Counted from the first letter of the stretch, positions 1 to 8,563 are shown. The stretch: 11,021 nucleotides of DNA from Pseudomonadota bacterium (GCA_043804515.1 JAZDIZ010000124.1:1-11021), one strand, 5' to 3'. The notes: a model not told the origin generated them from the letters alone. Translations and numbers: made by a program.

Positions 1-1098
1 CTGGCCGACGACCGGCGACGGATTGGCAGGATCCGAATTCGACCCCCAGGTCCACGCGCTGTGATCCGTCCCTTGAATCGCCATCGAATGATAACCCCCG
101 GCAGCCACCGAAATCACGCCCGTCAATGACGAGATCACCGTCGGAGTCGCCTGGTTGAGGTTGGCCGTCCCCAATCCCAGCTGACCGTATTGATTATCTC
201 CCCAGGAATACACATTTTGCGAAGCATCCAGAGCCATCGAATGGCTTCCACCGGCCGCCACCGCCTGAATGATCCCCAGACCCGACACCTGCTTCGGAAT
301 CGATTGACAGGGGATGGGGGTCACCGAGGGGAGGCTGCAGGTCGTGTCGGTCGTCGAAAATCCTAATTGGCCGCAATCATTCGCGCCCCAGGACCAAATC
401 CGCCCCTGATCGTCGAGTGCCATCGAATGACTCTTCCCGGCGGACACGGCCACGACATTCGTGGGATTGTCCAGCTTGACGGGCGTTGTTTGGCAGGAGT
501 GCCCCCCGCAGGTCACCGGCGCGGGTGTTGCGTACCCCAACTGGTTGGAGTCATCCAGACCCCAGGTCCAAACGTTTCCGCCGGTGTCCAGGGCGACGAC
601 GGAATGATACCGGGAAGAGATCGCCGCAACGCCTCCGGGGATGCCGGCCACCGGCTGAGGCACAGTGCAATAAGGCGAGCAGGAGGTTCCGCCCACCCCG
701 AGTTGACCGTACTCGTTGGAGCCCCAAGCGAAGAGCTGGCCGGTGTCGGTCACCGCATAGCTGGCCAGACCGCTCGCCTCGACGGCGACCAGCGTGCCGT
801 TAAAAGGTGTAGGGGCGGGGGTGGCTACCGGCACCGGCAGATTACTCGCTGTCGTGGAGTTGTTGCCCAGTTGACCCCGGTTGTTCTTTCCCCATGCGTA
901 GACGGCGTTATTGACCGCCGCGACCGAATGTCCGTCCCCGCCGGCCACGAGCTTCTGCTCCCCGCTCTGGAGCAAAAGAGCATCCAGCTGCCTCGTTTGT
1001 ACAAGAGCTTCTTCCTCGGGATTGGAGTGGCAGTAAAGAAGCCCCATACATACGCCCGCCATTAGGAGCCCGCTCGCGCATTTGGTGAAAGCCTGCAT
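1..1098 (-). CDS. RCC1/BLIP-II-like repeat beta-propeller protein, putative lipoprotein (C-terminus truncated by window edge)
   Basis: Hand translation from ATG 1098 gives 366 codons with no stop to the edge: MQAFTKCASGLLMAGVCMGLLYCHSNPEEE... About six RCC1-type repeats: VYAWGKNNRGQLG, LFAWGSNEYGQLG, VWTWGLDDSNQLG, VSAGKSHSMALDDQGRIWSWGANDCGQLG, VAAGGSHSMALDASQNVYSWGDNQYGQLG, VAAGGYHSMAI..AWTWGSN. Starts 6 nt after the RHS stop. Absent from the ORF track, presumably because no stop lies in the window. Confidence 0.93.
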   Translation of the reverse strand, partial: MQAFTKCASGLLMAGVCMGLLYCHSNPEEEALVQTRQLDALLLQSGEQKLVAGGDGHSVAAVNNAVYAWGKNNRGQLGNNSTTASNLPVPVATPAPTPFNGTLVAVEASGLASYAVTDTGQLFAWGSNEYGQLGVGGTSCSPYCTVPQPVAGIPGGVAAISSRYHSVVALDTGGNVWTWGLDDSNQLGYATPAPVTCGGHSCQTTPVKLDNPTNVVAVSAGKSHSMALDDQGRIWSWGANDCGQLGFSTTDTTCSLPSVTPIPCQSIPKQVSGLGIIQAVAAGGSHSMALDASQNVYSWGDNQYGQLGLGTANLNQATPTVISSLTGVISVAAGGYHSMAIQGTDHSAWTWGSNSDPANPSPVVGQ

Positions 1099-1104
1099 GG
1101 CGTC

Positions 1105-4100
1105 TCATCTCACGATGACAAGTTTCTGGACCACATTATTTTCGGATTTTACGAAATACATCCCTGAAGGAAGGTTTCCTACGTTGTTGAGACCCTCTCT
1201 CACCACACCGACCTGTCCGCCGTTGAGCCCATACAGATGGCCGTTGCCGCTGGAATGCAATTGGCCGTCGCGGACCGGATTTGGATAGACGCTGAATCCC
1301 GTCCGGCCGCCCTGAGAGGAGGGCACGCTTGCCGTCGGCTGATTGAATGGCACCACGTTGCCCGGCGCGCCCCAATTACCGGCGTCATCACAAGCTACCA
1401 AACAAACGTAGCGAGTGCGCCCGTCCGCCGGAAGCTGGAGCGTGCCACTGGCCGGTGTGCCGGGCTGGCCGGCTGTTACATCAAGGTGAGTGATGTCCGC
1501 GTTGTCGACCCAGTCAAGCGAAGGAACTCCCGATACGGCCTGCGTGCTGGAAAGCGCGTGGTACGGCTTCGAAGGCAACAGACCAAAGCCGTACGGGTAC
1601 GCCGCCTGTGTTTCGGCGTTTGGCCCATCGTCGCCTACATTCGTGAAGCTAAGCAGTGCCGGGTATGTCGCCGCCGTCGCCGAAAGGGGTTCCGCCAGCG
1701 GCTTCGTCGCCGACCTGGTCTGAAATTCCTCCAATTTCCTTTTAATCGCCTCATTTAGCTCAGCCTGGGTTTGCTCGGCGCTCTTTCCGCTTACATCCCG
1801 ACGGGGTTTGGTCGGCCCTTCGCCGCTCATCCCTGTCACGTCCGTTTTGTTGAACGGGTCGTTGTCGGAGTATTGGTAGGCGTTGATTCCCGTGGGCCAG
1901 TCGGTCGAAACGAGAGGATCGGGAGAAATGAACCGGCCGATTTGGGGATCGTAATATCGGGCATGGAGATAGATCAGGCCGGAGGGGTCCTGACGCTGGC
2001 CTGTAAAGCCCAGGCTGACGCCGTAGGGAGGAAGCGTCACTTCCTCGCCATATGGGCGATACAGCCGCGTCGTGCCGCCTACGAGAGCGCCGGAGAAGTT
2101 CGTAACGGCCAAGATGCTTCCGAGCCTGTCGGCGTGCAGCCACTGGGTTTCGCCGTTTGCCTTCCGGGCCACGGGGATCCCGTTGAACGAGATGTATTTG
2201 GTCACGCCGCAGTCGGCGATCTCGACGTCGTCACCAAGATAGATCGTTTTTTTGCCCAGGCTGACTTTCTTGATTCGGACTCCGTCCGCATCGTACGTGA
2301 GCGTGTCGGAGCCGATCCGTGTGGGCCTTCCTTCGCCGTCATAATCCAGCGTCATCCCGCCTTTGTTTTTCAAGTTTCCGTTGGCGTCATAAAGGAACGA
2401 CAGGCCGCCGATCGAATCCACGGCGTGCGGCTGTGTGGAATCGTAGGCATACGCATAACCCGGGAAATTGGAGTTGGTCAGCATGTTCCCGTTGATTCCG
2501 TACGTGAACGATTGCGTGTAGGCGCTGTTTCCGAGATTCTGCGCCTGCGTGACCTGGCTCAGGTCGTCGTACACCAGATGCCATTTCTGCGTCGGAAGGT
2601 TCGACAGGACGTACTGGACCCGTGCATCGGGGCGGTACATATACATGAGGTATTGGTTGATCGTGCCGATGGAATTCGCGCTCGAGATCCAATAGAGCCA
2701 ATCCCGCGTGGGGGAATACTGGCGGGTGATGGTCGTGGCATACCGGTCGGAGTAGACCAACTGCGTGTTTCTTCCCACAACGTCGTACTGAGCGCTTGTG
2801 ACTATCCCCGGAATTGAGAAAAGTCTTCCGGCGGAGTCGTACGCAAGCGGCTGCTGTGAGCTTCCCACCGTCTCTCCGTCGGGGTAACGAGTCCACAGAA
2901 GGCGGCCGGTCACGTCATAGCCCGATTGCATGGTATAGGCGACCTGGTCCACCACGCGCGTGGACCCGACCAGGTTCCCGAAGAGATCGTAGTTGTACGC
3001 GTCCTGCCCCAAGGGCCCGGCCACGGACGTGCGCTTTCCGATATTGAAAAAGCCCGTACGCGCCTGGTCGTAGTCGTACCGATACGTGACCGCTTGAACC
3101 GTCCCGAACCGTGACGATTTGAACCGCAGTCTTCCCATCGCATCGTACTGCCACTTCGTGATCTGGCCGTTCGGATACGTGCCATCCCGGATGGCGTCGT
3201 GTTTTTCGGCCTGCCGTCCGGCGTCGTCATAGAAGGATTCCCAGTTTCCGACGTGAGGGGAGTTCGTGAAGCGTTTTCGTCCCAGCGTGTCGTATTGGTA
3301 GGTTTCCCGGGTTCCGTTCGCATCCACGACGGCCGCGAGATTGCCGTAGAGATCGTGCTCCTCGCTGTCGGTCGTCTGAAGCGATCCGTTCCAGGTGTGC
3401 TTGTGTGTGATCTTGACGCCGCCCGCAGCCAGAGCCTCCGACAGGTCCTGTTTCTGATGACCGTTTTCGTCGGTCGTCAGAACACTCCGGGCACTATATT
3501 CGGTGGAAACGCTCGCGTTGTCCGGGTGGACGACACGAACGACCCTGCCGAACACGTCGTGGGTAGCGGTCTCCCACGTTTGAGCTCCGTCGCTTTCGAA
3601 ATACGGATGCGCCGTGTATTTCGCATTCCTCCGGAGGTCGAAGAGAGTCTCCGCAACGCTATTCTGGGCTTCGGTGAGCCCTTTCGTAACCGTCTTATAG
3701 GCGCGCAGGAAGCCGTCGAAATATTTCCGGCTCCACAGCTCCCCGGCCCCTGCCGGCCCCGGAGACCGGGTTTCCGTGTATTGCAGTGTCGGATCGCCGC
3801 AGGCGGGCATCGACCCGGTCCCGCAATAATTCGTCTGCGTGTACGCGCCGGTCGGCGTGTCGTTGGAGTAGTGGATTTCCGTCCGGGTCTGGCGGCAGAA
3901 CGAATCGTACGTGTGAACCGAGAGAATCCCGTTGGGATCCTGGACCTTGGTGGGAAGGCCGCAGATGGAGTCGAATTCTAGGACGTGGGTAGCGAGGGTT
4001 GAAATCGGGGGTGTGGTGAGGTTCACGTACAGGTCGAACGTGCTCTCATATCCGTATGTGGTCTGGGCTCCCAGCGCGTCCTTGGTGTAGCTCACGTTCC

Positions 4101-7100
4101 CGTTGGCGTTGTATCCGGTTTCCGTCGCGACGTACCGGGGCGTGGGTGCGCCCTGGACCGCGTCCGGAGATACAATGGGAAATGGGTTGATCGCGTTCAA
4201 GAAACGGTCCCACAAGGACGGAACGGCGGCCGTCGTCGTGGTATCGATGGCGACGTCTTCTTGGACCGCAATCCTCGCACCCCCCAGCGGATCGGAAACG
4301 ACCACCGAAGAGGGAGAGCCTCCCCCACCGCAGGCCAGGTTATTGAGCCCATCCGTGTCGTAATCACGGCCCTGAAACCGTATTGTCTGGCATTTCTGGT
4401 AGGCCGCAGGAGCCGACGCAAACGAGTAACGACACGCTGTATGGCCCGCCGAGGGCTTCACACATTTCACCTGGCCGTCCACGCACGAGGTGATGGCGCA
4501 GTAAATCAGCGGCTGCGGGTCGCCGGGGTCTTCCTGGCCGCTTCCGCTCCCGGGAATCGGAGCGTCCGACAAGAGCTTCAGCGTCTTGGTCAATTCCCCG
4601 CGAGCGGGCGGCGTGTTCGTGGCCGTGGCTCCATCGTAATAGAATTGCGTTTCACCCAGCTTGTCGCCGCCGGTATCCGTGCCTTTGTAAAGTCGGCTGA
4701 TCGCGGGAAGACGCACGATCCAGTTGGCACGATTGAGGTTGTAGATCGTCTCCTGCGTGGTCTCGTCGCCGGTCTGATCGAAATCGCCGTAGTCGATCGT
4801 CCGGACTAGGTTACCAAAAGCCGCACCATTCACCGGAGCCGAGTTCGGATCCGAGTTGTCGAACACATAGGATTTGAGCGTACGCCGGGCTTTCGGATCC
4901 ACGGTTCCTTGGCTCCACCACGCCTTCATATCCGCGATCCTGGCTTTATCCGGATCTGTTGCCGCCGCCGGCAATGTGGCGTGGTCGGCGTCCACATCGA
5001 GGCTCCAACTGATCGTGGCCTGCCAAACCTCCGGGTACCATGGCGACAGATCCACGACGTTCTTTACGAGCCTGCGCAATTTCCCGTTTTCGTCGTACGT
5101 CTCGATCTGTTTGGGAATCGGTGTCGTCCGATCGTCGACCAGGAAATGACTGATCACCTTCGGCGGGTACGCTTCGCCCGAAAGTTGTGGCAAGAACGCC
5201 GTCACTTGCTCAAAACCCAGGAACCTCTTCTCGTGCCGGTCGTACACACCCCCGCTGAACGCGTACGTGGTCTCCGCGACCTGCCCTTCCGTCGTATGGC
5301 CGCCCGAAATCCGGTGGCTTTGCACCAGCTGATAGATAGGAAGCCCAGGGGAATTTGCGGCAATCTGAGAGGATGGTTTGTACGTCACCTCCTCGATCCC
5401 GCCGTAGCCGTTTTCGATTCTCGTCAGAAGATCCGGCGGTTCCCCCGTGGCAAGGTGAACCACCATGCTTCCGCTTCCGACGGCGATGTCGCTCTTGCCG
5501 TCCCCGTTGAAGTCCCCCACCCACGTGCACGCATTTGAATCTACGGACGGCCCCTGGATCGTGTACTGGAAGCCCAAAGGTTGTCCCAAATTGTTCTTCC
5601 CCGTGGATAGATAGACCCTCGGGCTTTCCCCGGGGAGGACGTAGGAGATATCCATCCGGCCGTCGCCGTTAAAATCGGCGGCGGCAATGTCCTCGTAGCC
5701 TGAGTTATACCCGAAGCTCGGTCCCGGAATCGCCGCGTCGAAGCCGTATCGCCCGTGCGAGAGATAGATCTGAACGCCCACTCCGGTCGGCCCCAGATAG
5801 GCGATATCCGCCAAGCCGTCTCCGTTGAAGTCGGAGATTCTCACCCGCTGATCTCCCTTGGCGCCGCTGCCCGATGTGTACGGCGCATACGCAAACGGAG
5901 CGAACGGTCCCGAGGACTGAGCCGGCAGGAACTGCCCGGGACTGGCCAGCCATGCCAACGATACCGTCATCGGAACCGCCGTGGCCTCGTTCGTATCGAC
6001 GCCTTGGATCATCAGAACGTCGGTCGCGCCATCCCCGTTGATGTCCGCCAGCTTCACGCGCGACAGGTCCGCAAGCGTTTCCGGGTACGTCACCCGCGCA
6101 TGGAACGGCCCCGTGATGTACACCGAGTTTACGGGCGGATAGAATTGCACCGGATCGACGGTCGGGTTCGAGAAGTAGACCTTCGGTGTGCCGTTCGCAC
6201 AGGGGAAACCCTGGCACTCGAACGTGAGGACATCGTCCGCGTCGTCCCCATCGAAATCCCCCACCAGGATCGAAGCCAGGTCGATCTTTCTCGGCCAATC
6301 GTCCAGGCTGTGAATCGTTCTCGAGGGACCCGAGTACGGCCCCCGGAACGTCCCGTCCCCTTTGGCGAGATAAACCTGGAACGTCACCGGGATCGTGTCG
6401 GAAATCGAATACGGGATCACCATCACGTCCGTCATCCCGTCGCCGTTGAAATCCCCGAATTTCCACCGCGCCGGATCGCTCACCCATCCTGTCGGAGACG
6501 TCTTATAAGGCCCCACAAACTGTCCCGACCCGTCACACCGAGCCAGCCAGACTTTGGGTCCTGGCGGATTCGAATAGTCGTCCCAGAGAAAATCCGTGCA
6601 GCCGTCCCCATTGAAATCCCCCACCATGATCGGAAGCTGCGCTACGCCCTCCGGATTGACGCAGCCCGGTCCACCGGGCACGTTCGTGACTACGGAAGCG
6701 GCAAGAGATACCGCCCCGCCCGTGTACGCGAACCGCGTGGAGGGCAACGATTCCACTCCGCCTTTTCCGTGCACCGTCACCGTTTCCAGAACGCTCCGGC
6801 CGCTCGGCTCCGAAAACTCCTCGCCGGAGAAGCGCAGAGAGCGATAGGAGAGATCGTACGTTCTCAAAACGGAGCCGTTCACCTTGACGGTGATCGTTTT
6901 CAATCGATCGTTCGTCCGGCCGAGATACGTCCCCGAGAGCGAGCCCCCCTCCCACCCTTGCCCGAAGACCACCGGATCGGGGCGCAGCAGCTCCCGGCCG
7001 ACATCCACCGTGAAGGCGTCGTTCTTTCCGTAGGTCACGCGCTGCGGATAACAATCCAGCGTGAGACTCCCCGCTCCCGGACGGCAATCCCATGTATACG

Positions 7101-7662
7101 TCGTGGTTTGACCTCTCGGATTCGTGACTGTCCGGAGAAGCCAACGAAACGTTCCGGAGGGGGTCACAAAGTATGCAACAAACGTGAGTTGAACGCCGTT
7201 CGTTCCCGTCACCGTCCAAGTGTTCGACGCCGAATCGAAATAAATCCGCTGAAAGCTTTCGATCTTCGTATGAAAGTAACCCGTCAGGTTCGTGCCGGCA
7301 GGAAGCGAACATTCCGATGTCACCGTGCAGGGGAGCAACTCGTTTCCATCCAGCAAATACGTGTCTCCCATTCCCGCAAACGGCGAGGCGAATTTATTCG
7401 CCCCCCGGTGTTCAATGAAGCTGAATCCCGAAAGGCTCCAACCCACACCGGCAAAGCCGTTTCCCGCGCTGGAGTTGTAGCTCAACGAAAGGTTCGGCTC
7501 GATCCCGTGGTAGCCGGGCACGTCAATCGGGATCGTCTTCGAAAAACTCCCGTGATGCTCCTCCACCAGGCCCTGAGGTTGGGCGGCTTTCTCCTGCTGA
7601 GCGAAAGCCGAACCGCACAAGAAAATGGAGCAGATCCACGTGATTTGCAGGATCCATCTCAT
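1105..7662 (-). CDS. Secreted RHS/YD-repeat protein, TcB-TcC-fusion-like (SpvB-like N-term, FG-GAP propeller, YD repeats, RHS core, FN3-like + T9SS-like C-terminus)
   Basis: ATG 7662 preferred over the track's TTG 7704: ATGA overlap with the upstream stop, GAGAGGGG upstream, and a signal peptide MRWILQITWICSIFLCGSAFA|QQ. GSFSKTIPIDVPGYHGIEPNLSLSYNSSAGNGFAGVGWSL is typical of SpvB/TcB N-termini. FSGGVYDRHEKRFLGFEQVT resembles the TcdB-toxin midN region. Many YDxxGR repeats. Core motifs HADRLGS, GFTGQRQD, YLHARYYDPQIGRFISPDP, NDPFNKTDVTG. Confidence 0.95.
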   Translation of the reverse strand: MRWILQITWICSIFLCGSAFAQQEKAAQPQGLVEEHHGSFSKTIPIDVPGYHGIEPNLSLSYNSSAGNGFAGVGWSLSGFSFIEHRGANKFASPFAGMGDTYLLDGNELLPCTVTSECSLPAGTNLTGYFHTKIESFQRIYFDSASNTWTVTGTNGVQLTFVAYFVTPSGTFRWLLRTVTNPRGQTTTYTWDCRPGAGSLTLDCYPQRVTYGKNDAFTVDVGRELLRPDPVVFGQGWEGGSLSGTYLGRTNDRLKTITVKVNGSVLRTYDLSYRSLRFSGEEFSEPSGRSVLETVTVHGKGGVESLPSTRFAYTGGAVSLAASVVTNVPGGPGCVNPEGVAQLPIMVGDFNGDGCTDFLWDDYSNPPGPKVWLARCDGSGQFVGPYKTSPTGWVSDPARWKFGDFNGDGMTDVMVIPYSISDTIPVTFQVYLAKGDGTFRGPYSGPSRTIHSLDDWPRKIDLASILVGDFDGDDADDVLTFECQGFPCANGTPKVYFSNPTVDPVQFYPPVNSVYITGPFHARVTYPETLADLSRVKLADINGDGATDVLMIQGVDTNEATAVPMTVSLAWLASPGQFLPAQSSGPFAPFAYAPYTSGSGAKGDQRVRISDFNGDGLADIAYLGPTGVGVQIYLSHGRYGFDAAIPGPSFGYNSGYEDIAAADFNGDGRMDISYVLPGESPRVYLSTGKNNLGQPLGFQYTIQGPSVDSNACTWVGDFNGDGKSDIAVGSGSMVVHLATGEPPDLLTRIENGYGGIEEVTYKPSSQIAANSPGLPIYQLVQSHRISGGHTTEGQVAETTYAFSGGVYDRHEKRFLGFEQVTAFLPQLSGEAYPPKVISHFLVDDRTTPIPKQIETYDENGKLRRLVKNVVDLSPWYPEVWQATISWSLDVDADHATLPAAATDPDKARIADMKAWWSQGTVDPKARRTLKSYVFDNSDPNSAPVNGAAFGNLVRTIDYGDFDQTGDETTQETIYNLNRANWIVRLPAISRLYKGTDTGGDKLGETQFYYDGATATNTPPARGELTKTLKLLSDAPIPGSGSGQEDPGDPQPLIYCAITSCVDGQVKCVKPSAGHTACRYSFASAPAAYQKCQTIRFQGRDYDTDGLNNLACGGGGSPSSVVVSDPLGGARIAVQEDVAIDTTTTAAVPSLWDRFLNAINPFPIVSPDAVQGAPTPRYVATETGYNANGNVSYTKDALGAQTTYGYESTFDLYVNLTTPPISTLATHVLEFDSICGLPTKVQDPNGILSVHTYDSFCRQTRTEIHYSNDTPTGAYTQTNYCGTGSMPACGDPTLQYTETRSPGPAGAGELWSRKYFDGFLRAYKTVTKGLTEAQNSVAETLFDLRRNAKYTAHPYFESDGAQTWETATHDVFGRVVRVVHPDNASVSTEYSARSVLTTDENGHQKQDLSEALAAGGVKITHKHTWNGSLQTTDSEEHDLYGNLAAVVDANGTRETYQYDTLGRKRFTNSPHVGNWESFYDDAGRQAEKHDAIRDGTYPNGQITKWQYDAMGRLRFKSSRFGTVQAVTYRYDYDQARTGFFNIGKRTSVAGPLGQDAYNYDLFGNLVGSTRVVDQVAYTMQSGYDVTGRLLWTRYPDGETVGSSQQPLAYDSAGRLFSIPGIVTSAQYDVVGRNTQLVYSDRYATTITRQYSPTRDWLYWISSANSIGTINQYLMYMYRPDARVQYVLSNLPTQKWHLVYDDLSQVTQAQNLGNSAYTQSFTYGINGNMLTNSNFPGYAYAYDSTQPHAVDSIGGLSFLYDANGNLKNKGGMTLDYDGEGRPTRIGSDTLTYDADGVRIKKVSLGKKTIYLGDDVEIADCGVTKYISFNGIPVARKANGETQWLHADRLGSILAVTNFSGALVGGTTRLYRPYGEEVTLPPYGVSLGFTGQRQDPSGLIYLHARYYDPQIGRFISPDPLVSTDWPTGINAYQYSDNDPFNKTDVTGMSGEGPTKPRRDVSGKSAEQTQAELNEAIKRKLEEFQTRSATKPLAEPLSATAATYPALLSFTNVGDDGPNAETQAAYPYGFGLLPSKPYHALSSTQAVSGVPSLDWVDNADITHLDVTAGQPGTPASGTLQLPADGRTRYVCLVACDDAGNWGAPGNVVPFNQPTASVPSSQGGRTGFSVYPNPVRDGQLHSSGNGHLYGLNGGQVGVVREGLNNVGNLPSGMYFVKSENNVVQKLVIVR
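1108..1296 (-). other. T9SS type-A (Por secretion) C-terminal sorting-domain-like tail of the RHS protein
   Basis: FSVYPNPVRDG...LYGLNGGQVG...NVGNLPSGMYFVKSENNVVQKLVIVR-stop matches the YPNP / IYxxxG / L.xG.Y / K(L/I).. motif series of this domain. Confidence 0.8.
1351..1656 (-). other. Fibronectin-III-like domain in RHS cargo
   Basis: LSFTNVGDDG...Y...GQPGTP...YVCLVACDDAGNWGAPGNVV resembles the bacterial FN3-type pattern L.W.APGDDG...YF..A.D.AGNWS..SN, recalled from memory. Confidence 0.55.
1831..2150 (-). other. RHS repeat-associated core (aspartyl autoprotease region)
   Basis: WLHADRLGSILAVTN...YRPYG...GFTGQRQDPSGLIYLHARYYDPQIGRFISPDP...NAYQYSDNDPFNKTDVTG. Both motif aspartates are present; the terminal DPxG reads DVTG. 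Confidence 0.92.
5485..6621 (-). repeat. Seven FG-GAP/VCBS Ca-binding protein repeats (probable 7-bladed propeller)
   Basis: GDFNGDGCTDF, GDFNGDGMTDV, GDFDGDDADDV, ADINGDGATDV, SDFNGDGLADI, ADFNGDGRMDI, GDFNGDGKSDI. Confidence 0.92.
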
Positions 7663-8549
7663 CGCGTGATCGTGCCCCCTCTCGTACCACCGCATTTGGG
7701 ACAATAGTCGTTGGGTCCGAATAGTGCCGTCATCGACACATTGGCGTTTAACGTGAACGTGCAGGTCTTAATTGTGCTCCCGCTACATGGGCCTCCGCTC
7801 CATCCATTAAAGACCCCGCTCGCTCCCGCGGTTAACGTCACCACCGTTCCGGAATTAAACCCTTTGCTGCAGGTCATGCCGCCGAGCCCGCAAACGATTC
7901 CGGATGGTGAGGAGGTCACTTGTCCATAATTTCCGTTGCTGTTGGTCACGGTGACCGTGAACTGAAGTGGTGTGGGAGTGGGTGTCGGGGTCGGTGTGCC
8001 GGTCGGTGTAGCCGTAGGTGTCGGCGTGGCCGTAGGCGTGGCTGTGGGCGTAGGCGTCGGTGTCCCCGTGGGCCACGGAATCGGTATCGGTGTCGGCCCG
8101 CTGCCGCTCATCGTGCAGCCGAGGCCTATTTTGAACGGGACCGTCCCCGCGGGGAGGGAATTGGTCGGACACGCTCCGGCGGACCCGCTGCAAACCGCAC
8201 CCGTGAATTGATCGCAGACGGAACCCGTGGCGAGGAACTTGCAATCCGCGCCACAACACGTTCCGCCGTCGCATAGTTCTCCGCCTTCCTTCACCCCGTT
8301 TCCGCAGTAGCTTCCCCCGCCTCCTCCGCCTCCCTCATCGACAGCCACGGACCGATGTAGAGGTTGACCCGCGATCAGGCCGTACGACGACTCGCTCCCG
8401 GTAGTCCCGCTCGTCCCGTCAGATGAAGACCGGGAACAGTGGACCTGGCCGAAAACAAGCACGCACACCAGGAGAAGGCAGAACTTGAGTGTTTGGGGAC
8501 TGAGATGGGTTACGAATTGCAGTCGAACCCGGGGATTGGAAGACTGCAT
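7659..8549 (-). CDS. Exported Cys-rich protein / putative lipoprotein with disintegrin-like domain, Thr-Pro linker and divergent InlB-B-repeat-like domain
   Basis: ATG 8549 preferred because the track's TTG 8579 lies inside a sigma54-like motif. Hydrophobic segment KFCLLLVCVLVFGQVH-C followed by an S/G/T linker. Then CGNGVKEGGELCDGGTCCGADCKF..G.VC..C.GS...CP, a (TP)n linker, and GQVTSSPSGIVCG...C...F..GTVVTLTA...FNGWSG..C.G...C..TL......A.F. Confidence 0.88.
   Translation of the reverse strand: MQSSNPRVRLQFVTHLSPQTLKFCLLLVCVLVFGQVHCSRSSSDGTSGTTGSESSYGLIAGQPLHRSVAVDEGGGGGGGSYCGNGVKEGGELCDGGTCCGADCKFLATGSVCDQFTGAVCSGSAGACPTNSLPAGTVPFKIGLGCTMSGSGPTPIPIPWPTGTPTPTPTATPTATPTPTATPTGTPTPTPTPTPLQFTVTVTNSNGNYGQVTSSPSGIVCGLGGMTCSKGFNSGTVVTLTAGASGVFNGWSGGPCSGSTIKTCTFTLNANVSMTALFGPNDYCPKCGGTRGGTITR
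7968..8097 (-). repeat. Thr-Pro low-complexity coding repeat
   Basis: Encodes PTPIPIPWPTGTPTPTPTATPTATPTPTATPTGTPTPTPTPTP with degenerate codons. Confidence 0.9.
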
Positions 8550-8563
8550 AGATCCATTCTTTT

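Noticed and set aside
908..1108. 66-aa minus ORF overlapping the RHS stop, a candidate immunity gene
   Set aside because: Overlaps the RCC1 gene out of frame. The ATG 1098 frame has a signal peptide and is continuous with clear RCC1 repeats.
7663..7704. Track start TTG 7704 for the RHS gene
   Set aside because: ATG 7662 has an SD-like sequence, stop-start coupling and an immediate signal peptide.
7685..7705. C-terminal CPKCGG as a zinc finger
   Set aside because: Single CxxC with no partner pair, in an exported protein; insufficient support.
5755..7707. 650-aa plus-strand ORF (also 367-1065, 1771-2817, 3199-3981, 4261-4809, 4909-5538)
   Set aside because: Antisense shadows of GC-rich real genes; Arg-rich with no recognisable motifs.
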